Below are positions 42,918 through 51,103 of a stretch of DNA of 64,000 nt, in pieces. Every line of letters starts with the position of its first letter. The first letter of the stretch is position 1. The DNA comes from an uncultured Acidobacteriota bacterium (GTDB taxonomy: Bacteria > Acidobacteriota > Vicinamibacteria > Vicinamibacterales > SCN-69-37), in the NCBI GenBank assembly GCA_963798795.1, contig CAWCUZ010000001.1, positions 886,215 through 950,214 of the forward strand. Direction: 5' to 3'. A program made the translations under genes and the position numbers. Below the pieces are notes generated by a model. It was given only the letters and a program-made list of their open reading frames with translations, did no database searches and was not told the origin of the DNA.

Positions 42918-44828
42918 CTACCGAATCGTGAACGGCACCGCGCGCACGATCGGGTTGCCGCGCGCCGGGCGCACCTGCAGCTCGACGACGTAGGACCCGG
43001 GCGCGAGGCCGGCGAGGGGCACGGCGGTCATCAGGTCGAGCGCGCCCGCGGCCGTGCCGGACGGCGCCGGGTTCGCGGCCACCGTCTGCAGCGCCTTCGT
43101 GTCGCGCAACAGGCGCAGCGTCGTCCTGGCGGTCGCGGCATCAGGCCCAAAGAGCCGCGCGAAGACCCGCAGCGTCTCGCCCGCCGCGAACGCCCGCCGC
43201 GTCGTCGGCTGGAACGGGACGACGCGCGCGAGGACCTCGGGCCGCACGACCTTCGCGGACGAGGGCCCGGCCAGGCCGAGCACCAGGGGCGTGACGACGA
43301 CCTTGCCGTCCGTGAACCGGGGCACCTCGACCGGCACGTGCACGGTGCCGCTCGTGCCGAGCGCGCGGCTCGCCACGGCCACGCGCAGCGTCAGCGATTC
43401 CTTCGGCAGGTCGAGTACATCGTCCAGCGACAACGTGAACGGCTGCGCCCCGGCCGTACCCAGGGCCAGCGCGAACGTGTGCTCCCCCGCGGCCTTGATG
43501 TGCGCGTCGCTGTCGACGGCCACCCACTCGACCTGCAGCTCATCGGCCGACCGCGAGGCGCCGTCGGCCGGCGCGGGATACGCGACGTCGAGCGTCACCG
43601 CCGTGGCCGTCATGCCGTTGGCTGACGCGGCGACCGGCGCCGCGAAGGCGTGCAGCAGCAGGTCGCCGTGCGGCAGCCCGTCGCCGAGGTCCGCCTTCAA
43701 CTGGACCTTCGGGTCGGTCGACACGACGGGCGGCGACGCCAGGTAGCCCTCGCGCGCGCGGACGTGAAGGCCCGGGCGCTTCACGGTCACGTCGATCTTG
43801 TGATACCTGCCGTCGTCCACGGCCGGCTCCGGGTAGTAACCGAGGACGTAGTAGTGACCGCTGTCGACGAGCAACTGGCCCATGGCGGCGACGGGGTAGG
43901 ACTGGTTCACGAACGCACGCCCGTTGGTGTTCTCGGCGATCGTTCGGAGGAACTCCAGCTTCACGGCAAGGGCATGCTCGGTCTTCTGACGACCCTCGGG
44001 AGACGAGATGTTGCCAATTCCGGCCACGGAGTCTGGCGAGAGCACGCCGCGTGGATCGAGCGTGTAAGCCGCAACCCCAGCTCGGCGGGCGCGCCCGAGA
44101 ACCTCGATAAAGCGAAGATAAGCCGACCGATCAGTCATGGCGCCGCGTTGGGGAGGGGCCAGAAAATCGAAGGGCCATCCGCCACTCACGAACACGATCA
44201 GGCGCCGGGGCTCCGGCGCGGCCGCGAGGGCCGCGACCACGTTCTCCAAGTCGCCAAAGATATCGACCAGCGGACCGACACCAAGAATGTCGCGCAGGTG
44301 CCCGACAGCTCGCGTGAGCAGGCCGGAATCGCGAGTGAAGTCCTGACTCAGATCCGATCGCCGCATCAACACGACTGCGACACGGTCCTCGGGCGCCCGG
44401 CGGCGGAGAAATTCCAGGAGGACTCGCCGAATTGGAATCAGATCACCGGCACCGAAGAACATCGGATCGACGACGAGCGCGATCGCCCGCGCGCCGGCGA
44501 CCGGCGGTGTGTTGGAGACCACGTCGGGCGGTGGCGCTGCCGCGGTCTTCGCGTCCGTGGGATTGTCCCCGAGCGGCAGCGCGATCCGTTCGAAGTCCGC
44601 AATCGTCTGAAGCCGGCCGGCCTCGCGGATCTCGAAGTCGGCCTGCCTCAGATCGGTGACCGGCTGGTCCTTGTCGTCGGTCACCACCACGTCCACGCGG
44701 ACGTGCGTCACGCGCGCGCGGAAGGTCGCCTGCTGGTGCTGGGCGAGCAGCGCCGCGCCGAGGCAGACCACGAGGACCGGGGTCGTCGGGTGGAGCGGGC
44801 GAACGCGGGTTCTGCTGCCCAGGGTCAT
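42918..44828 (-). CDS. Acidobacteria-type VWA-domain secreted protein
   Basis: Signal-like N-terminus, 'TFRA....V.VDVVVTD..DQPVTDL...DFEI.E.G..Q.I..F', 'IAENTNGRAF', 'YYVLGYYP...DGRYHKIDVTVKRPGLHVRAREGY', C-terminal Ig-like 'LAPGSYVVEL'. Confidence 0.88.
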   Translation of the reverse strand: MTLGSRTRVRPLHPTTPVLVVCLGAALLAQHQQATFRARVTHVRVDVVVTDDKDQPVTDLRQADFEIREAGRLQTIADFERIALPLGDNPTDAKTAAAPPPDVVSNTPPVAGARAIALVVDPMFFGAGDLIPIRRVLLEFLRRRAPEDRVAVVLMRRSDLSQDFTRDSGLLTRAVGHLRDILGVGPLVDIFGDLENVVAALAAAPEPRRLIVFVSGGWPFDFLAPPQRGAMTDRSAYLRFIEVLGRARRAGVAAYTLDPRGVLSPDSVAGIGNISSPEGRQKTEHALAVKLEFLRTIAENTNGRAFVNQSYPVAAMGQLLVDSGHYYVLGYYPEPAVDDGRYHKIDVTVKRPGLHVRAREGYLASPPVVSTDPKVQLKADLGDGLPHGDLLLHAFAAPVAASANGMTATAVTLDVAYPAPADGASRSADELQVEWVAVDSDAHIKAAGEHTFALALGTAGAQPFTLSLDDVLDLPKESLTLRVAVASRALGTSGTVHVPVEVPRFTDGKVVVTPLVLGLAGPSSAKVVRPEVLARVVPFQPTTRRAFAAGETLRVFARLFGPDAATARTTLRLLRDTKALQTVAANPAPSGTAAGALDLMTAVPLAGLAPGSYVVELQVRPARGNPIVRAVPFTIR

Positions 44829-45035
44829 CTCCGCAAGTGCGAACCGATCGCATCGACGAGCGGGTCAGTCAGGGAAAGACCCGGACCCCTCTCTGACGGC
44901 TCCGCGTTGTCGCACACACTCCGCCCGACCGCCCTCCGGCAGCAGCAAAGAACGAGCCAGGGCCGTCGGTCCCGGCGCGGGCCCCATTCCGGCACACCGG
45001 TCAGCCAGTGTCGCCTGACGCGGACAGCTTCCTCC

Positions 45036-45180
45036 TCACGTCCGGCCGCGTGCCTCCCGCAGCGCTTCGAGCTCCGCAAGGGCTTCGAGGTCTTTGGCCG
45101 GCCGGCCGCGCAGGTTCTCGCGCAGCAGGGTCCGATCGACATCGCGCTTGAACGCTTCGATGACCGGATCGGGACCACCG
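45036..45180 (-). pseudogene. Start-less remnant of a small hypothetical protein
   Basis: Translates PDPVIEAFKRDVDRTLLRENLR..., with no in-frame ATG or GTG between the galK stop and this motif. Confidence 0.4.
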
Positions 45181-45214
45181 GGTCCGTCCCTGGAGATCGG
45201 GGACAGACTCGGGC

Positions 45215-46411
45215 TCAGTTCAACCGTCCCGCGCCAGCCGGCCGGCCTGGCGCCACGGCGAAGACGGCTGGCGTGAGTCCGGTGTCGCGAGCGTAGCCCT
45301 CGGTCACGGCGGCGACGAACGCCTCGACGTCGCCGGCGTCGACGAACGCCACCAGCAATCCGCCGAACCCCGCGCCCGACTGGCGCCCGCCGACGGCGCC
45401 CGGCGCCGCCTCGATGGCCCGCGCCATCGCCTCCATGGCGGGCGACGTCATCTCGAACAGATCGCGCGCACCCCGGAACGACAATTCGGTCAGCCGCGCG
45501 AGCGCGCGACGGTTTGCCGATCGCAGCGCTTCGGCGCAGTCGACGGCGCGGGCATCCTCTTCGAGCACGAACCGGCAGCGGCGCTCCACGATCGGCGGCA
45601 GCTCCCGTGCTCGCTCCTCCAGTCGATCGATCCCGGCCTCGCGCAGCGAGGCGGCGCCAAGGAGCCGCGCGCCCTCCTCGCACTGGGTGTGCCGCACTCC
45701 GTACTCGGATGCGCGCACTTCGCGTGGCGACCGCGTGTCGCAGACGACGACGGCAATCCCGGGATCGATCGCGACGGGCTCGCTGGTAAGGTCGCGGCAG
45801 TCCAGGAGCAGCGCGCCGCCGCCGGCGTCGACGCACGCGGAATACTGGTCGAGAATGCCGCAGTTGACGCCGGCGAACTCGTTCTCGGCGCGCCGGCAGA
45901 GCCGAGCCCGCCGCACAGGATCGAGCGCGACCCGGCTCACCGCTTCGAACAGGACCGCCGTCGCGCACTCGAGCGCCGCCGACGAGCTGAGGCCGGCGCT
46001 CAGCGGGATCGTCGACTCGATCACGGCGTCGACGCCGGTCAGCCGAGCGCCCTCGGCTTCGAACATGGCCGCCACGCCGCGCACGTAGTTCGTCCACGCC
46101 GGTCCGCGCTCAATCGCGTCCAGCGAGAACGCGTCTTCCTCGCCGAGCGTGATGCTGGCGACGCGGACCTGACGATCGTCGCGCGGCCCCGCGACGATCG
46201 TCAGGTCGCGGTCGATCGGCAGCGTGAGCACGCGGCCGAGGTTGTAGTCGGTGTGGCTTCCCATCAGCTCGACACGGCCGGGCGCGCGCGCGATGAGCGA
46301 CGGCGCGGCGCCGAACCGCGCGGCGAAGGCGTCGAAAATGGAGCCCCGGGTCGTCAGACCCGGGGTTTCGCCCGGGTCTGACGACCCGGGCGTCCATTCC
46401 GGATGGTCCAT
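45215..46411 (-). CDS. galK: Galactokinase-family (GHMP) sugar-1-kinase with a variant sugar-binding motif
   Basis: 'APGRVELMGSHTDYN', 'PLSAGLSSSAA', 'GVNCGILDQ', 'GAGFGG'. ATG 46411 has SD GAGGG overlapping the upstream stop. Confidence 0.85.
   Translation of the reverse strand: MDHPEWTPGSSDPGETPGLTTRGSIFDAFAARFGAAPSLIARAPGRVELMGSHTDYNLGRVLTLPIDRDLTIVAGPRDDRQVRVASITLGEEDAFSLDAIERGPAWTNYVRGVAAMFEAEGARLTGVDAVIESTIPLSAGLSSSAALECATAVLFEAVSRVALDPVRRARLCRRAENEFAGVNCGILDQYSACVDAGGGALLLDCRDLTSEPVAIDPGIAVVVCDTRSPREVRASEYGVRHTQCEEGARLLGAASLREAGIDRLEERARELPPIVERRCRFVLEEDARAVDCAEALRSANRRALARLTELSFRGARDLFEMTSPAMEAMARAIEAAPGAVGGRQSGAGFGGLLVAFVDAGDVEAFVAAVTEGYARDTGLTPAVFAVAPGRPAGAGRLN
46339..46396. repeat. 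Inverted REP doublet inside the galK 5' coding region
   Basis: TGGAGCCCCGGGTCGTCAGACCCGGGG, a TTT spacer, then the reverse complement of TGGACGCCCGGGTCGTCAGACCCGGGCG. Confidence 0.85.
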
Positions 46412-46415
46412 GCCC

Positions 46416-49400
46416 TCACCCGAGGATCCGGTTGAGCTCCGCATCGATGGCGTCGAGCTCCTTCTTGAGCTCCTGATACCGCTCGGTCGCGTCGCGGCCC
46501 ACCTTCTGATCGACGCCCGTCGTCATGCGCGAGAGATACGTGATGTGCTCCTGCAGGCCCGGCTTGTTGTAGCGCACGCCCTCTGGCGTGTTGACGATCT
46601 GCTCGTAGATGGCTTCGACGCGCTTCGCCTTGTCGGCGTCGGCCCCGGTGGCGCCCTGGAGCCGCGTGCGCGCGGTGCGTACCCGCGCGAGCGTCTGGTT
46701 CACCTGCTCCACCAGGTCGCGCGTCCGCACGTTGTGTTCGTACTGTTCGACCAGGTCGGCCGCGGTGACGCCCTCGGCGGCGATCCGCGGGTCGACGAGC
46801 ACCGTGATCGGCTGCGTGTACGCCTGGCCGGCCACGGTCAGCCGCACCTGATACGTGCCCGGCGGCAGCGTCAGGCCCGAGTCCATTTCGCGCAGATCCC
46901 ACGTGAAGCGATTCACGCCGGCGTTTGTCGTCACGACCGACGCGCCGCCACCGCCGCCGCGGCCGCCGAACCCCTGTCCGCCAGCGCGACCCGCGGCTCC
47001 GGCACGGCCGCCGCCCCCCCGGCCCCCGCCCGCGGCCGCCGCCTGACCGCCGCCTCGCCCGCCCCGCCCGCGGCCGGCGCCGCGCCCGCCGCCGGCCACC
47101 GCCCCGCTGCTGTAGCGGCTCACGACGTCACCCTTCGCGTTGAGCAGCTCGATCGTCACCGGCCCGCTCGGAGCCGACGGCAGGTAGTACTCGACCATCG
47201 GACCGAGCAGGTTCGGGCTCTCGCGCGTGCGATAGCCGTCGCGCGGCTTGAACAGGATTGGACCGGACGACGACGCCTGCGGCGACATCTGCTCGACGGC
47301 GCTGAGATTGTCGAGCACCCAGAGCGCCCGGCCCTGCGTGGCCACCACCAGATCGCCGTCATGGATCCTGATGTCGTTGATCGGCACGTTCGGCATGTTG
47401 AGCTGGAACGACTGCCAGTGGCCGCCGTTGTCGTACGAGATGTACATGCCGAACTCGGTACCCGCGTACAGCAATCCGTCGCGGACCGGGTCCTCGCGCA
47501 CGACGCGCGTGGGCTCGTCCGCCTTGATGCCGTTCCTGCCGTCGGTGAGCCGCGTCCACGTGGCGCCGTAGTCGTCTGTGCGGTAGAGGTACGGCTGGTA
47601 ATCGCCGAGCAGGTACCGGTAGACGGCGTAGTACGCCGATCCCTTCCGGTGCGGCGAGGCGTCGATCCAGGCCACGCGGCCACCCTCCTCGAGGTCTTTC
47701 GGCGTGACGTTCTTCCACGTCTTGCCGTCGTCTCTCGTCACGAAGAAGGGGCCGTCGTTCGAGCCGGTCCAGATCACGCCCTTCTCGAGCGGCGACTCGG
47801 TGATCGCGTAGAGCGTGCTGTAGAACTCCTCGCCCGTGACATCGCGCGTGATCGGCTCGCCGCTCGCGCCCTGGCAGCACGCGGGATGCGCCGTCAGGTC
47901 CGGCGAGATCGTCTGCCACGTCACGCCCATGTCGGTCGTGCGGTGCAGGTACTGCGACCCGTAGTACAGGACGTTCGGGTCGTGCGGCGAGGTCGCCATC
48001 GGCGACACGCGCTGGAACCGGTAGATGAGGTCGCTTGCCGGGTTGCCGTAGAGCGACTGCCCGCCGACCCAGTAGTTCTTCTCCTGGCCGGTCTTCAGGT
48101 CCATCCAGCCGTACTGCCCCTTGCAGGAGCCGTAGACGTAATCGGGATTGCCGGGATGCGGCATGATCGGCCCGGTCTCGCAGCCGGGGCCGCTGCGGAA
48201 ATCCGACGGGTCGTACGGATCGGCCTGGCTCGTGATGATGATGGTGTTGCTGTCCTGCTGCGCGCCGTAGATCCTGTACGGGAACTGCTCGTCCATCCAG
48301 ACGCCGTAGATTTCGGCTGTCGGCTGGTTCATCTGCGACGACCACGTGCGCCCGCCGTCGGTCGAGACGTTGGCGCCGCCGTCGTTCGACTGGATCATGA
48401 CCTGGCCGTCGTGCGGGTTGATCCAGATGTCGTGGTTGTCGCCGTGCGGCGTGCGCAGCGACTGCCACGTCTGGCCCGCGTCGGTCGTCTTGTAGAAGCC
48501 TTCCGCGCCGCCGTAGGCCACGTCGGCATTCGTCGGATCGGCGCCGAGCGTCGTGTAGTAGAAGGGCCGCTGGATCATCCCCTCCGGCGACGGCAGCGCG
48601 CGCCACGTCTGGCCGGCGTCGTCCGACCGGTACATCCCGCCGCCCGGCTTCGCCTCGACCAGCGCGTAGATGCGGTTCGGGTTGGCTGCCGTCACCGCCA
48701 GGTTGGCCTTGCCGATCAGCTCGTTCGGCAGGCCGCCGACGATCCGGGTGAACGTCTCGCCGGCGTCGGTGCTCTTGTAGAACCCGCCGTCGCGCGACCC
48801 GCTGATGATCGTCCACGGCTTGCGCTCGAGCCGGTTCATCCATGCATAGACGACGTTCGGGTGGCCCGGCTGCAGCTCCACGTCCATCGCGCCGACCTGG
48901 TCGCTGATGAACAGCGTCTTCTTCCAGGTCTTGCCGCCATCCGTCGTCTTGAAGATGCCGCGGTCGGGGTTCGCCTTGAACGCATCGCCGTAGGCGGCGA
49001 CCCAGACGATGTCCGGGTTGGTGGGATGGATGCGGACCGCGCCGATCTGGCCGGCGTTGTAGAGCCCGGCAAACGTCCAGGTGGCGCCGTTGTCGACGCT
49101 CTTGTACACGCCCCGGCCGGTCGAGACGTTCGACCGCACGCCGTCCGAGCCGGTGCCGTAGTAGATGACGTTCGGATCCGAATCGGCCACGGCGATCGAA
49201 CCGCTCGAGCCCAGCGGCACCTGGCCGTCGGTCAGCGGCACCCAGCTCTCGCCGCTGTCGGTGGTCCGGAACAGCCCGCCGCTGGCCACGCCCATGTAGA
49301 ACGTCTCGGGCTGCGAGGGCACGCCGGTGACGGTGGTGACCCGGCCGCCGCGCGACGGGCCGACGAGCCGGAATTCGAGGCCGTTGAACATCGCCGGGTT

Positions 49401-49511
49401 CACGCCGGCGGTGCCGGCCTGACCGCGCGCCGCCAGCGGCCTGTCGAGACGGGCCAGCGCCGCCACGGCGAGGCCGCTGCACAACAGAGCGGGAATCAGA
49501 TGTCGTCGCAT
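46416..49511 (-). CDS. Secreted VPS10/sortilin-like BNR-repeat protein (putative glycoside hydrolase)
   Basis: Signal peptide, 'FRLVGPSRGGR', Asp boxes, 'HGDNHDIWINP', 'ATQGRALWVLD'. Paralogue of 29358..32697. Confidence 0.88.
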   Translation of the reverse strand: MRRHLIPALLCSGLAVAALARLDRPLAARGQAGTAGVNPAMFNGLEFRLVGPSRGGRVTTVTGVPSQPETFYMGVASGGLFRTTDSGESWVPLTDGQVPLGSSGSIAVADSDPNVIYYGTGSDGVRSNVSTGRGVYKSVDNGATWTFAGLYNAGQIGAVRIHPTNPDIVWVAAYGDAFKANPDRGIFKTTDGGKTWKKTLFISDQVGAMDVELQPGHPNVVYAWMNRLERKPWTIISGSRDGGFYKSTDAGETFTRIVGGLPNELIGKANLAVTAANPNRIYALVEAKPGGGMYRSDDAGQTWRALPSPEGMIQRPFYYTTLGADPTNADVAYGGAEGFYKTTDAGQTWQSLRTPHGDNHDIWINPHDGQVMIQSNDGGANVSTDGGRTWSSQMNQPTAEIYGVWMDEQFPYRIYGAQQDSNTIIITSQADPYDPSDFRSGPGCETGPIMPHPGNPDYVYGSCKGQYGWMDLKTGQEKNYWVGGQSLYGNPASDLIYRFQRVSPMATSPHDPNVLYYGSQYLHRTTDMGVTWQTISPDLTAHPACCQGASGEPITRDVTGEEFYSTLYAITESPLEKGVIWTGSNDGPFFVTRDDGKTWKNVTPKDLEEGGRVAWIDASPHRKGSAYYAVYRYLLGDYQPYLYRTDDYGATWTRLTDGRNGIKADEPTRVVREDPVRDGLLYAGTEFGMYISYDNGGHWQSFQLNMPNVPINDIRIHDGDLVVATQGRALWVLDNLSAVEQMSPQASSSGPILFKPRDGYRTRESPNLLGPMVEYYLPSAPSGPVTIELLNAKGDVVSRYSSGAVAGGGRGAGRGRGGRGGGQAAAAGGGRGGGGRAGAAGRAGGQGFGGRGGGGGASVVTTNAGVNRFTWDLREMDSGLTLPPGTYQVRLTVAGQAYTQPITVLVDPRIAAEGVTAADLVEQYEHNVRTRDLVEQVNQTLARVRTARTRLQGATGADADKAKRVEAIYEQIVNTPEGVRYNKPGLQEHITYLSRMTTGVDQKVGRDATERYQELKKELDAIDAELNRILG

Positions 49512-49625
49512 GGGTGCATTCTCCAGGCGTGCGAGTGAAGCCGTGAACCGGCCGTCCGTGGGAGCCGCGGTGGACCGGTCAGCACACCTCGCGGCGAAGG
49601 CGTTATACCACGGCCGAAGCGGGCG

Positions 49626-50546
49626 CTACCAGAGCGGGTCCGGGTACACGCCGGCCGCGACCAGCCGCCGCAATCCAGCCTGGACGTGCGCCTGGTCCGC
49701 GGCATGCGTGAGCCCGAACCACGGGCCTGGCGCCTCGCGCACCGCCACGCGCGCCTCGCCGGAGGCCACGAGATCGTGCACGGCATCCGGCAGCGGCAGC
49801 TCGGCGTCGGCCGACGTGCCGTGTTCGCGAAGGAACTCGTCGAAGCAGGAGCCGAGCAGGCCGAAGATCTCGGGCGTGAACACCCAGAAATTCATCGACG
49901 CGACATCGCGGGCCGTGAGCAGCCGCTCGACGCCGCGATAGCGGCCGCGGATCCCGTGCTCCGTTCGCACGATGCCGCGCACTTCCTCGAGTCGGCGCAG
50001 CCAGCCCGCCTCGTCCACGTCGCAGATGCCGCGTACGACGGCGCCGTGCTCCGACAACGTCACGTCGAGCGGCAGGCCGATGACGGTCGCGTCGCCGGTC
50101 CGGTCCGCGAGCCTGCACGCCTCGGCCGCCAGGTCGAACGCCCCGGCCCCGTAGAAGTCATCGGCGTTGAGGACGCCGAAGGTGGTGTCAATCGCCCGCC
50201 GCCCGGCGAGCACCGCATGCACGGTACCCCACGGCCGCGTTCGAGCCGGCGGCGAATACCAGCCGGGCAGGTCGTCGCCCTCCTGGAAGACCTGGTCGAT
50301 GGTCAGATCGCCCGGGAGGCGCGACGCGAGCGCGTCGAACGCCTCGGACAACTCGCGCCGCGTGACGAAGACAATGCGGCCAAAGCCCACGCGGCGTGCG
50401 TCGTAAATCGCGTACTCGAGCAGCGTCTCGCCGCGCGGTCCGACGCCCAGCACCTGCTTGTCGCCGCCGAAGCGGCTGCCCAGCCCTGCCGCCATCACGA
50501 GCAGCGTCGGTCCGGCGGGGCGCGTCTCCGCGTCTGGCGACGCCAC
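49626..50546 (-). CDS. Sugar-phosphate nucleotidyltransferase
   Basis: 'LVMAAGLGSRFGG.KQ...GP.GE.LLEY..YDA', 'RTRPWGT.HA', 'NADDFYG', 'SMNFW.FTP', 'WFGLT'. Confidence 0.88.
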   Translation of the reverse strand: MASPDAETRPAGPTLLVMAAGLGSRFGGDKQVLGVGPRGETLLEYAIYDARRVGFGRIVFVTRRELSEAFDALASRLPGDLTIDQVFQEGDDLPGWYSPPARTRPWGTVHAVLAGRRAIDTTFGVLNADDFYGAGAFDLAAEACRLADRTGDATVIGLPLDVTLSEHGAVVRGICDVDEAGWLRRLEEVRGIVRTEHGIRGRYRGVERLLTARDVASMNFWVFTPEIFGLLGSCFDEFLREHGTSADAELPLPDAVHDLVASGEARVAVREAPGPWFGLTHAADQAHVQAGLRRLVAAGVYPDPLW

Positions 50547-51103
50547 TACCGTGCCACCGTGAACGGGACGGAGTACTCACGGTCGTCCCAGATCAGCCTG
50601 ACGACGCCGCCGCCGGCAGCACGTGTTTCGATCGCGAAGGTGAGCTGTTCGACCGGCGCGTCGAGCCGCCTCAGCGTCAGGTCGACACGGCCGAGATCGC
50701 GATCCGGGTCGTAGCGCGTGTGCCACTGCCCCGTCTGGCCGTTCACGATCAGTTGCGGCTTGCGCTCGTCGGGGAACATGTAGAGGGTGTGCTCGCCCGC
50801 GGGCACCGCGAGGCCGTTCATCATGATCGCCTTCGTCGTGGTCAGCGTGGTCGCTTCGTCGGCCCCGGGCGTCCACCAGTGCCCGAACGGCACCAGCGCG
50901 CCCCAGATCGCACGGCCCCGCCTGGACGGGCGCCCGTACGTGATCGTGAGATCACAACCGTCGACGGTTGCGCTCGTGCTCTCGTGCGGGCTGACGCGCG
51001 GCTCTGCGCGGCGGCCCTGCGCGGCCGGCGCCGCGGGGGCCAGGACCCACACGGCCAGGACGGTCGCGGCCGCTGCCGCCGCTCGCCCCGACAGGCGCGT
51101 CAC
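50546..51103 (-). CDS. DUF2911-family secreted protein
   Basis: 'RVSP', 'ITYGRPSRRGRAIWGALVPFG..W..GADEAT', 'VEQLTF', 'LIWD'. GTG 51103 overlaps the GH27 stop. Confidence 0.85.
   Translation of the reverse strand: MTRLSGRAAAAAATVLAVWVLAPAAPAAQGRRAEPRVSPHESTSATVDGCDLTITYGRPSRRGRAIWGALVPFGHWWTPGADEATTLTTTKAIMMNGLAVPAGEHTLYMFPDERKPQLIVNGQTGQWHTRYDPDRDLGRVDLTLRRLDAPVEQLTFAIETRAAGGGVVRLIWDDREYSVPFTVAR

Noticed and set aside
46251..49538. Very long opposite-strand or alternate-frame ORFs (e.g. 46251..49538 +, 58261..61083 -, 4821..7292 +, 27259..29856 +)
   Set aside because: These are shadow ORFs of high-GC genes: Arg/Ala-rich, without motifs, and fully overlapping well-supported genes.
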